In this document: positions 1-7,850 of the stretch, piece after piece
How positions within the stretch are numbered: position 1 is the first letter of the stretch
Layout: every line of letters starts with the position of its first letter
From: a virus
DNA: 64,000 bases
IMG/VR virus record: IMGVR_UViG_3300018080_000112
Span: 64,001-128,000 of that record
Direction: 5' to 3' (one strand)
Position numbers and translations under genes: made by a program
Notes under the pieces: model-generated
The model's input: the letters and a program-made list of their open reading frames with translations, nothing else
What the model was told of the DNA's origin: nothing
The model's database searches: none

Positions 1-440
1 TAAGCTTTTCCGCAGTAGCTGAGATAGTGATCCTTGATGATCTCTTGAACTTCTTCGACCTTGTCCGCCGGGATCAAAAGCGCGGACTCTTTGATTGTTC
101 TTGTATCGACCTGGTAGCCGCTCTTGTGGAAGGTCAAACCGTTTTTGAAAATGTCCGGGTGACACACCGTGGTCTGTTTCGCGCCACTGCGACCGACCTT
201 CATCAAACCGTGGCAATACAAGAGAACATCGCCAGCCTTCAGCTTGCGCGTGATGTTGGTCGGACAACCGGCGTGCTTCCAAGAAAAGAACGTGGTGTCA
301 AAACGAAGAGGTTCGCTACCGTAGCGCGGCGACAATCGCGGGGTCACTCCGAGCTTGACGCATGCGGTGTCAAAGAGACGCTTGTGAGTGTATCGAGCGA
401 TCTCATAATCTTCGGTCGTTTCCAGCTTAGCTTTTTCCAT
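1..440 (-). CDS. hypothetical protein (~146 aa, MEKAKLETTEDYEIARY...; stop codon probably cut by the window edge)
   Basis: Translated by hand (not in the ORF track): ATG at 438-440 with upstream GGAGG, open to base 1, preceded by a GTCAGAAAAAAGTC element. Confidence 0.7.
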   Translation of the reverse strand, partial: MEKAKLETTEDYEIARYTHKRLFDTACVKLGVTPRLSPRYGSEPLRFDTTFFSWKHAGCPTNITRKLKAGDVLLYCHGLMKVGRSGAKQTTVCHPDIFKNGLTFHKSGYQVDTRTIKESALLIPADKVEEVQEIIKDHYLSYCGKA

Positions 441-493
441 CGATCCAATCCTCCATGAGGGAAAAGGGGTTGCACTTACATAAACAAGGTCAA

Positions 494-507
494 GACTTTT
501 TTCTGAC
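494..507 (-). promoter_or_regulatory. motif A, GTCAGAAAAAAGTC (exact copies at 494, 2203, 3598, 43220, 44652, 55397); putative early promoter/operator element
   Basis: Six exact 14-mers, all intergenic and 54-133 nt upstream of minus-strand starts, usually followed by TTGACC/TTGCCC. Confidence 0.75.
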
Positions 508-551
508 TCTGCGCCGGTCAGAAGATCAGCGGAAAAGGGACGGAGAAGAGA

Positions 552-577
552 GGGACGGGCTTTTTCTGACCCGTCCC
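552..577 (-). terminator. hairpin downstream of the helicase gene
   Basis: GGGACGGG-N10-CCCGTCCC inverted repeat 13 nt after the helicase stop. Confidence 0.4.
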
Positions 578-589
578 CCCCGCCGGTCT

Positions 590-2143
590 CTACCAGCCGT
601 TGCGAGCCTTGCGGACCACGATGGCGCTTTTGACGGCGCGAGTAAGAGCGGTGTAACTCCAGCGGTAAACTTGATCCGCTTCGTTCTCTGCGATGAAGTC
701 AACCATGTCCGCGACAACAATGATTTCAGCGTACTGAGAACCTTGCGCGGCGTGGCAAGTGATGGCGTAACCACTGTCAAGGCTTGCCAGGTAGTGTTTG
801 AGGTAAAGAGCGTGTGCGCCGTGTTTCCGTGCTTCCTGAGCGGTCCAGATAGCGACTAACCAGTTGGCGGCTTCTTCGTCCTTGCGAGCTTTCCAAGCGT
901 CCTGTTTCTCGGCGACCTTGGCATAAATCTTTTCGCCGTGCTTGGCGATATCTTCCGCGATGAACTCTTCCATGTTCTTCTGGATGGAGTAGGGAACCAG
1001 ACCGCGATGTTTGGGCTGACAGTTACCATCCCAAGTTGCGCGGAGAACTGCGACCTCTCGTTCACGACCGTTGGCGACTCTCAAGACCCATCCGTCACCG
1101 AAGTTGGGACCGAAGTCAGCATGCTCAACTGATTTGACAGTGACCACATCGGAGTTGTTGAGACCGCCACCCTTGGCGCGACAGATGAGGCGCTCGCCTA
1201 CTTGCGGACCTTCGTTGCGGCGTGGCATGCCGAGAAAGTAGCGAGTTGCGTCATTCAATTCGGTGCGGGTTGCGTGGGTGCCTACGATTGCAGCGGCGTC
1301 ACCGTTGTTGGCGCGGAACATGTTCGCCAGAGTCTCGCCAGCTTGTCCACTGTCCATCCAGGGGCTACGAACACCGGCGCGGTCCAGAATCGCTTGACCC
1401 GCTTTGAAATCGGCTACGCGGCTGTAGGTGAAGGGGACCTTGCGGTTGCGAATGTTGGTTGCAGCGTTCAGGACCGGGGAAGCTTCCGCTTGGCGGTAGA
1501 CCTTGGAGAGAGTCACGGTTGCTTCGTGCAAGGGGAATCCGGCTTCTTCTTTGACCGGCGGAAGTTGGTGGGGGTCGCCGACCGCGATGATTTTTGTGGT
1601 CTCGGGAAGAGCGTTCCAGATATCGGCGGCGAACTCTTTGCCGACCATTGAAGCTTCGTCAATCACCAGGATGTTGCCGACCTTGGCGGTTCCAGGCTCG
1701 CGGCGATTGAAAGCAAGCTCATCACCGAATTCGGCGACCTTGACGACCTCGTTACCATCTTCGTCAAGCTCAACCTCTTCTTCGCGAATCTCTTCAGCAC
1801 CGGCGTAAACGATGGAGTGGGCGGTGACCACTTTCTTGTCTGCGAAGTCAGCGCCAAGGGCTTCTTGAAAACGACCCGCCGCCTTGTGGGTCGGTGCGGC
1901 GTTGGTGACGGTGTTGCGACAGTCGGTGAGAACCTGAAGGAGAAGCTTGAGAGTGGTGGTTTTGCCAGTGCCTGCAGCGCCGGGGAAGAGACAGAGACGC
2001 TCGCCAGCGGCGATTTGGCGGAGAGTGTGGGCGATGAGGTCACGTTGCTCGCGACCCGGCTCAAAATCAAGATTGTAGATGGAACAAAGAAGAGTTGTAC
2101 TTTCGAAAAGGTCGATTGCGGTTTGAAGGTCGGTCGGTCTCAT
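590..2143 (-). CDS. SF1B Dda/RecD-like DNA helicase
   Basis: GAAGTGKT Walker A, VIDEASM, GDPHQLPPV, YRQ, YAITCHAAQGSQY, YTALTRA. Confidence 0.9.
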   Translation of the reverse strand: MRPTDLQTAIDLFESTTLLCSIYNLDFEPGREQRDLIAHTLRQIAAGERLCLFPGAAGTGKTTTLKLLLQVLTDCRNTVTNAAPTHKAAGRFQEALGADFADKKVVTAHSIVYAGAEEIREEEVELDEDGNEVVKVAEFGDELAFNRREPGTAKVGNILVIDEASMVGKEFAADIWNALPETTKIIAVGDPHQLPPVKEEAGFPLHEATVTLSKVYRQAEASPVLNAATNIRNRKVPFTYSRVADFKAGQAILDRAGVRSPWMDSGQAGETLANMFRANNGDAAAIVGTHATRTELNDATRYFLGMPRRNEGPQVGERLICRAKGGGLNNSDVVTVKSVEHADFGPNFGDGWVLRVANGREREVAVLRATWDGNCQPKHRGLVPYSIQKNMEEFIAEDIAKHGEKIYAKVAEKQDAWKARKDEEAANWLVAIWTAQEARKHGAHALYLKHYLASLDSGYAITCHAAQGSQYAEIIVVADMVDFIAENEADQVYRWSYTALTRAVKSAIVVRKARNGW

Positions 2144-2219
2144 TGTCTGGCTCCTTGTTGCCGTTTGAGAAAAAATCAGTGCGCTTACAAAAACAAGGGC
2201 AAGACTTTTTTCTGACTCT

Positions 2220-2300
2220 GATCTTTTTCAGGATCACCAAAGAGGATCACCATGAAATAGGATCACGATCTGGGATTGGAGATCACCAAGGGGGATCAAG
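2220..2300. repeat. cluster of 7 GATC sites (GGATCAC-like repeats)
   Basis: Counted directly in intergenic DNA. Confidence 0.6.
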
Positions 2301-2508
2301 AGCGCCCAAGGGGGTCGGTACAAGCGACACCCTTTCTCTGGGGGTCCTTTTGTTGACCTATAGGTCACAGACAACGAGAAGGGGTCTGGCGAGCCTTTTA
2401 AGGCGTTTTGTGGTTTGCGAGACTTCTGGTATTCATCCCGGTCTCTTTGTGCGTTGTAGGGGTGTTTCTGTGATCCACTTTTGGCGGGTTCCTGGCTCTG
2501 ATCAGAAG

Positions 2509-2523
2509 GGTTAGGTCCTAACC
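2509..2523. repeat. dispersed palindrome (G)GTTAGGWCCTAAC(C); cores at 2510, 4059, 5535, 7789, 11845, 19256, 24557, 32414, 36298, 45758, 51496, 55952, 59547
   Basis: 13 exact copies of the 13-bp core found by reading. Confidence 0.9.
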
Positions 2524-2529
2524 TTGTTG

Positions 2530-2615
2530 TGTGGGATTGGAGCGGATTGGAGCGGAGTAGATCGGGTTGTGTGGGATTGATTAGGATCTGTTGGGATTGG
2601 AGCGGAGTGAATCGG
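2530..2615. repeat. short degenerate tandem repeats (GGATTGGAGC-like)
   Basis: Several gggattggagcgga variants just downstream of ardA. Confidence 0.6.
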
Positions 2616-2617
2616 AA

Positions 2618-3166
2618 CTATTCGGCGCGGTGCAAAAAGACGTGGACCTCATTCCCATCTTCGACAAAATCAACATCCCCATTGGTCTCGCGGTCGTCTG
2701 CATACTCTTCATAATCGAAGTACAGAGCCAGCTTGCGTTGTGCCTCTTTTGGAAGGGTGCTGAACTCCATCTCAAGAACTTCTTCCGCCCAATGACGCTT
2801 GGAGGGGTAGGTTCCAGCGTAGCGGTCAAGGTATGCTTCCGCTTCATCCAGGTAGTACACACCGCCGCCGTAGTTCAGCGCCGCCGATACTTTTTCAAGA
2901 CCGTGCTCTTGAATCATCTCAGCAAGGCGAACGGCGGAATCAAGACCCGAGTACTCACCTAGCCAGCCGCCGAAACCTTCATGATCGTGAATCGCGATTT
3001 CTTCGGCGAACTCCACCGGCGATCTTGCGAGCAAACCAGCGACCGCCTCTTGTGCAGAGTCAAGGTCATGTTCCGAGAGATCCAGCCAGCAACCATTGTG
3101 ACGACCGGCATTGTAAGCGGCGAGATCAGCAACGTAGATTTTCGGGGTGTCGGTGTTCATGTTCAT
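2618..3166 (-). CDS. ardA: ArdA anti-restriction protein (DNA mimic, type I R-M inhibitor)
   Basis: KIYVADLAAYNAG..G.WLDL and EEIAIHDHEGF motifs, YFDYEEYA, strongly acidic 182 aa. Confidence 0.88.
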   Translation of the reverse strand: MNMNTDTPKIYVADLAAYNAGRHNGCWLDLSEHDLDSAQEAVAGLLARSPVEFAEEIAIHDHEGFGGWLGEYSGLDSAVRLAEMIQEHGLEKVSAALNYGGGVYYLDEAEAYLDRYAGTYPSKRHWAEEVLEMEFSTLPKEAQRKLALYFDYEEYADDRETNGDVDFVEDGNEVHVFLHRAE

Positions 3167-3191
3167 TGTTCGGCTCCTTCAAGCGTATTTG

Positions 3192-3518
3192 TTATCGGTT
3201 GTTGGCGGCGGAAGCAATCACGGCGGCGGCGAGTGCAAGGCGATGCTTGCAGAGAAATCCGTTCTTGCTATCGACACATTGACAGACACAAGAACCATCT
3301 TCGCGGAGAGTGGGGCTGTAGGTCTCACCACGCGAACCTTTGAGAGTGATCCAGGCGACCTCACCGAACGCGAACAAGCGGCGATTGTCCATCACCATTT
3401 TGAAGATATCTTTGGCGCGGCGAACGCGGCGACCGTTGGAAGGGTTATTGTCAGCGGCTTGACGCCCACGGTTGCGGATTGTGATGGCGGCTTGTTTAAG
3501 GTCGGTTGAGATGTTCAT
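3192..3518 (-). CDS. SWIM zinc-finger protein
   Basis: CxC-x9-CKH (CQC...LCKH); AGGAG RBS. Confidence 0.7.
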   Translation of the reverse strand: MNISTDLKQAAITIRNRGRQAADNNPSNGRRVRRAKDIFKMVMDNRRLFAFGEVAWITLKGSRGETYSPTLREDGSCVCQCVDSKNGFLCKHRLALAAAVIASAANNR

Positions 3519-3891
3519 GGTCTGGCTCCTGTTTCACGTTGCCGTGCGGCTCCTTGTGCCGGTTAAAAAAACAATTCCCTTGAAATAGTGAGGGCAAGAC
3601 TTTTTTCTGACTCTGATCAGATCACCCTTTTTCTGTGTGTTCAGTATAGGATTGGGGGATTGGCGGGTTCTGTCTTACAAAAACAGTGGGATCGCCCGTT
3701 CTAATAATTTCAGGTATTTGGATATCCAAAAGTGCGCCGGTCTCCCAAGGCGAAACACCAGCCGGGGGCTGTTCAGGTTCGTACAAGATTTGTAGGAGTG
3801 ACGGCTACAAGATTCGACCAAAAACCACTGAACAAAACCACGAAAATAGGTCTCTCCAGCGGGATCGGCGGAGAAGGGTAGTCAAAAACTG

Positions 3892-3919
3892 TTGACAGGG
3901 GTGCAGGATCTTATAATAT
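3892..3919 (+). promoter_or_regulatory. sigma70-like promoter TTGACA-N16-TAATAT
   Basis: Consensus -35 and near-consensus -10; no convincing ORF downstream. Confidence 0.5.
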
Positions 3920-3982
3920 ACGAAGTGTCATTGAACGTTTCTAGTTCGATCTGTCTGTATTCCCATGAAGCTTCGAAAAAGT

Positions 3983-4020
3983 CCTTGGCTGGTTGCTCCT
4001 CCCCTGGTGACCAGCCAAGG
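3983..4020. other. stable hairpin (possible small RNA or terminator)
   Basis: CCTTGGCTGGT ... ACCAGCCAAGG, 11-bp stem. Confidence 0.5.
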
Positions 4021-4095
4021 CACCCCTTTATCTAGCTGATATCATTAGATCCACACTGGTTAGGTCCTAACCTTTTGGGTACAGCGACAAAACGC

Positions 4096-4303
4096 CCGTA
4101 TTATAAAGGGCATATCATAACGACCTACCTGTAAAATCACCGTATTATATGAGCCGTATCATAATGACCGTATTGTTCGGCGGCGACTCTCATACAGCGC
4201 CGTATGATACGACTGTTTTATCAGGAACTCCTTTATGATATGACGCTTGTCATACAGGACGTTTTACCAGATAGGTCCGTATAATATGAGCTTTATAATA
4301 CGG
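4096..4303. repeat. array of CCGTATNATA-like boxes
   Basis: Copies near 4096, 4110, 4140, 4154, 4168, 4200, 4231, 4277, 4291, plus inverted copies; often 14-bp spacing. Confidence 0.65.
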
Positions 4304-4435
4304 TCACTTTGGCGGAACCACGGGCGCGGCGAACTACACTTGCAGAGTCGTCACTTCGGCGGCTAAGCGTGCGCGGCGAATAAAAAATACAGAGGTTGTG
4401 CGAGCGGGGGTGCCGGGGGTCTGGACGGGGGGCAC

Positions 4436-4560
4436 CGTCTTTTTTGTCGTTTAGTGGTCTTTTTGGGTTAGTTTTTGTCGTTTAGTGGTCGTTTAGTGGT
4501 CATTTAGGTTGGGTCATTTTTGGTTGGTTTTGGTTGTTTGTTGTGTATTGGGTTAGTCAT
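4436..4560. repeat. G/T-rich low-complexity repeats (TTTTTGTCGTTTAGTGGTC)
   Basis: Direct repeats visible in sequence. Confidence 0.65.
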
Positions 4561-4574
4561 TGTGTACGTATCTA

Positions 4575-5312
4575 TCAGTGTTTAAGGAGCACCTTTTCGA
4601 ATCGTGAGTGGTTAGAGTGTTGATAGAAGGCGAGAACTTGTTCCCATACGTTAGAGGCTGGTTGAAATTGATCCCATGGAATAGAGACGGTAGCGGAGAA
4701 AGCTGAGATAGCTTGGAGGAATTGTTGGTAAGCTCTTTCGAGAAGGTAGAGGTATTGGTTATTGGGTTCCAGTAGTTGTTGTTCGAAGGGTCTATTTCTT
4801 TGTTGAATCCTTTCTTTCAGAACGTGTACAGGAACATCTAAGTAGATAATGAGATCGGGGTATGGTCTGATAGATTTCATGATGTTAAAAGTGCGTAGGT
4901 AGAGTTGATAGAGAGTCTTTGACATGTTACCGATTTGGTAATTCAGGAAGGCAAAGACGGAGTCTCCATCGGTGGATCTGTCAGTGATAGCTCCTGGTAT
5001 TTCGTTAGTAGCGATTTGTGTGGTAGCGGATCTTTCGAGTTCGAGTCTGATGGTAAGCATTTGAATTTGCATTGGGAAGGAGAAGGCTTTTTGGTCTCTA
5101 TAGAAATCTTCGAGTAGAGGGTTTTTATGTTTGGAGGTAGGTTCTTCGAAGCATTTGTATTCGAGTAGAGAGGCGAGTTGATTGGCGAAGGTAGTTTTTC
5201 CTGCGCCGATAGGACCTTCAACGGCGATATATTTGGGGAAAGGTTTATTGGGTTCATCCATCCACGAGTGAGTTTGAAGGTCACTGAGGTTATGAAGTGG
5301 TTGTGTAGTCAT
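4575..5312 (-). CDS. deoxynucleoside kinase
   Basis: IAVEGPIGAGKTT P-loop, DRS motif, PDLIIYLD, RI..R.RPFE lid. Confidence 0.88.
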   Translation of the reverse strand: MTTQPLHNLSDLQTHSWMDEPNKPFPKYIAVEGPIGAGKTTFANQLASLLEYKCFEEPTSKHKNPLLEDFYRDQKAFSFPMQIQMLTIRLELERSATTQIATNEIPGAITDRSTDGDSVFAFLNYQIGNMSKTLYQLYLRTFNIMKSIRPYPDLIIYLDVPVHVLKERIQQRNRPFEQQLLEPNNQYLYLLERAYQQFLQAISAFSATVSIPWDQFQPASNVWEQVLAFYQHSNHSRFEKVLLKH

Positions 5313-5653
5313 TGAGTGAGTTTCCTTTGTGTGTGGTTGTGATTTTGGTGGTGTAATCCTTGTGTTTGGTGGTGTCTTAGATCATAGCTTGTTTTGTAGT
5401 TTGTGGGCAAGCGGATAAGTAATTTTGTGGTAATTTTGTGGTGGTTGGAGTCGTGGTGTTGAGTATGTTCGGAGCGGGGCGGCTATGGTTAGAGGCGGGA
5501 CGCTGATGGGGTTAGGAGGTGGAACACCGATAGGGTTAGGACCTAACAATTTGGTGTTTCCCATCTAATCTTTCGGTGTTCCACCTCTATGATTTTAGGT
5601 GTTTCAAATGTGTTTTGTGTTCATTTTATCGATTTAGTGGCGTGGTGCTGTAT

Positions 5654-6235
5654 TTACTGCGGGGGAGTTAGATCGTCTTGTGTAGGTGCGGTGGAGGTAT
5701 CTGGCGGTTCATCTGTTTCTGTTTGTTCGGTGGTTTGGTCTTTTGCATATAGGAGTCGATTTGGTGTAAGTAGATAGAGAGTCAATTTGGCGAGAGTTTC
5801 TGGGGTCATATGTGAAGCTGGTATGACGTTGGTTTTGGATTCAATCTGAGCTTTGGAGGGTATTAGCGATTCAGCGTGATCGGGTGTAAACCAGAGAATG
5901 ATGTTGGGTGATATTTGTGTAATTTTGGCGAAGAAGTCTTTGGTGTAATCATCGAGCGGGTGGTAATCTTGGCCGATCATAATGGTCAGATTCGCTTGTG
6001 ATGCGAGTTGAATTTGGTGATTGTAATGGAGGTGTCTGAGTCCATAGATTCGTATCAATTCAGTGGGGAAGAATTGGAGGTCAGAGGGTAGTGAGGAGCG
6101 TAGGAAAGAGAAGGTCAGATCGTGATCTGGCGCGAGTGTATTGTCGATAAATTGTTTAAGCTGGTAGCGAAGTTTTTCGAACCAGTGGTTTGTTTGCGCG
6201 TCACCGAGACACGCAATTTTGAGGGGTTGTTTCAT
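5654..6235 (-). CDS. hypothetical protein
   Basis: 193-aa ORF with GGAG RBS, in operon. Confidence 0.6.
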   Translation of the reverse strand: MKQPLKIACLGDAQTNHWFEKLRYQLKQFIDNTLAPDHDLTFSFLRSSLPSDLQFFPTELIRIYGLRHLHYNHQIQLASQANLTIMIGQDYHPLDDYTKDFFAKITQISPNIILWFTPDHAESLIPSKAQIESKTNVIPASHMTPETLAKLTLYLLTPNRLLYAKDQTTEQTETDEPPDTSTAPTQDDLTPPQ

Positions 6236-6271
6236 GGGGTTGATCTCCGGGTCATTGTGAAGGTTGTCTGT

Positions 6272-6664
6272 TTACTTTGTGGGTATTGTTTCTGTTGGGG
6301 GTGGTAGCGGGAACATTTCTTGTTGCGAGATAGCGGGTGCAGCTTGGATGTGATTCGGGGCTTGAGACGGGATGTTTGTGGGTATTTCAGGAAGGCTCAT
6401 TTTCTGTTCTTCGGGGTTCTTTGTGTAGTGATGTTTGAGTTCTTGTCTTCTCCAGGTCATCATTTGAGGGATCAGCATGATGGAGTGTTCGACCGCTTCG
6501 ATGGGTGCGTCAAGAGCGGACGCAATTTCATCTGGTGAGAATCCTCTTGTGATATAGGGTAGAAGTTGTTCGGGGTAGAGTTCTCTTTCGATGGGTTCTC
6601 CGTCGTGAGTGAATCCATCCCATACGGCGCAGAAGGGGCATTTCTTATCTACTAAAGGGGGCAT
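6272..6664 (-). CDS. hypothetical protein with CxxC and HTH-like segment (candidate regulator or small terminase)
   Basis: CPFC; RGFSPDEIASALDAPIEAVEHSI resembles an HTH; AGGAG RBS. Confidence 0.5.
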   Translation of the reverse strand: MPPLVDKKCPFCAVWDGFTHDGEPIERELYPEQLLPYITRGFSPDEIASALDAPIEAVEHSIMLIPQMMTWRRQELKHHYTKNPEEQKMSLPEIPTNIPSQAPNHIQAAPAISQQEMFPLPPPTETIPTK

Positions 6665-6723
6665 GTTGTTCGTGGCTCCTGTTCAATGTGTTCCATTCGT
6701 TGTTGGGGGTCCGCTGTTCCATT

Positions 6724-7327
6724 TCAAGGCTATTGATCTTGGTTGTAACATCCTGGTTCGAGGTTGTTGATCATTTACACTTCAAGCCGCAAGGTTGTTG
6801 ACTGAAAACGTTGATCTTCGTTCAAGGTTGTTGACTATATGTTATACCAAATCGCAAGGCTGTTTCCCCTATCTCGGGAGTAGTGCAAGGCTATTAATAG
6901 AGACACATGTTTTGTCAAAAGCGTACCGTTTTCGGGTACAAAAGTTTGCAAAGCTGTTGACCATGCGGAACTTCGCTGCAAGGCTGTTGATCGATGTTCC
7001 CGCCATAAACAAGGCTGTTTCCTTCTCGTAGCACCAAGCGAAGGCTGTTGACCGTTCGGAATGCTCTTCAAGGCTGTTGACCATTCGGAATGCTCTTCAA
7101 GGCTGTTGACCATGCGGAACTCCGCTTCAAGGCTGTTAATGATGCGGTTGTAGTTCAAGGCTACTGACTCCAATTGAGGAGCGGTTCAAGGCTTGTTGAC
7201 CGTAATCCTACCCGTGGTCAAGGCTGATGATGATGCTCTCACTTCTTTATCAAGGCTGTTTTCGTTACAGTTCCTTTCCGTCAAAGGCTGTTAACTCCGT
7301 TTGAGGGGCATTTGCAAGGCTATTGAC
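6724..7327. repeat. array of ~19 TCAAGGCTGTTGAC-like boxes at 28-34 bp period
   Basis: Boxes start at about 6724, 6758, 6789, 6822, 6854, 6885, 6948, 6978, 7009, 7039, 7068, 7097, 7127, 7155, 7186, 7218, 7250, 7282, 7314. Confidence 0.9.
6898..6927 (-). promoter_or_regulatory. motif B promoter-like element GGT-N20-GTCTCTA (also 16412, 19308, 25427, 32261, 35794, 44676, 49163, 55284 on minus; 19470 on plus)
   Basis: Ten intergenic copies with invariant 20-nt spacing, each oriented with the downstream gene; two have one mismatch in the GTCTCTA box. Confidence 0.8.
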
Positions 7328-7335
7328 GAAGGGTG

Positions 7336-7671
7336 CTAGGGGTCGTCTTCACATTCCACGCCATAATGTACATAAGGGAGAAGCGCGGCTCTTGTGAACT
7401 GGTCAGAGTTGACCAGATCAAGCTGTATCTGGTGTTTGCACCGGGGGCATTCAAGGATTACTTGACTCAAGGGAAAGGGTTGACCGTGTTGTTTCTGGAA
7501 CGCTTTCACGTAGATTTGTTGCATGAATGTTCCGCAACAAAGGACACGGAACAGGGTGCGATTGACCATCGCTTTGGCGGTGACCTTTGGGGGTGTAGCA
7601 AGGAGTTTACTACCGTGGCGCGGTGGTTTCAGAATGGTCTCTTTCATGATCTTACCTATGATTTCAGACAA
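7336..7671 (-). CDS. small zinc-ribbon protein
   Basis: CCG...CPRC motifs. Confidence 0.5.
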   Translation of the reverse strand: MSEIIGKIMKETILKPPRHGSKLLATPPKVTAKAMVNRTLFRVLCCGTFMQQIYVKAFQKQHGQPFPLSQVILECPRCKHQIQLDLVNSDQFTRAALLPYVHYGVECEDDP

Positions 7672-7850
7672 AACGTTTGGGGGCGTTTGTCAAACGGGTT
7701 GTTACTTAGGAGTAAGCTAAGTAAGCTAAACCGATTCTAATAAAATCGGCATGTTATTGGAAAAAACAAGCTAAAAAGTAAGCTAAAAGTTAGGACCTAA
7801 CCAATTTTAGTTTACTCTGTGAGCTTATCAGAATGAGCTTGCGAGTCTCC

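Noticed and set aside
6795-7173. ORFs overlapping the repeat array
   Set aside because: They are by-products of the repeats; no RBS or protein-like features.
6724-7327. CRISPR array
   Set aside because: The repeat is only ~14 bp and degenerate, spacers are 15-20 nt with internal duplications, the box recurs at promoter-like sites elsewhere, and no cas genes are present.
7709-7788. AAGCTAA short repeats downstream of terL
   Set aside because: Only about four short copies in AT-rich DNA; not enough to assign meaning.
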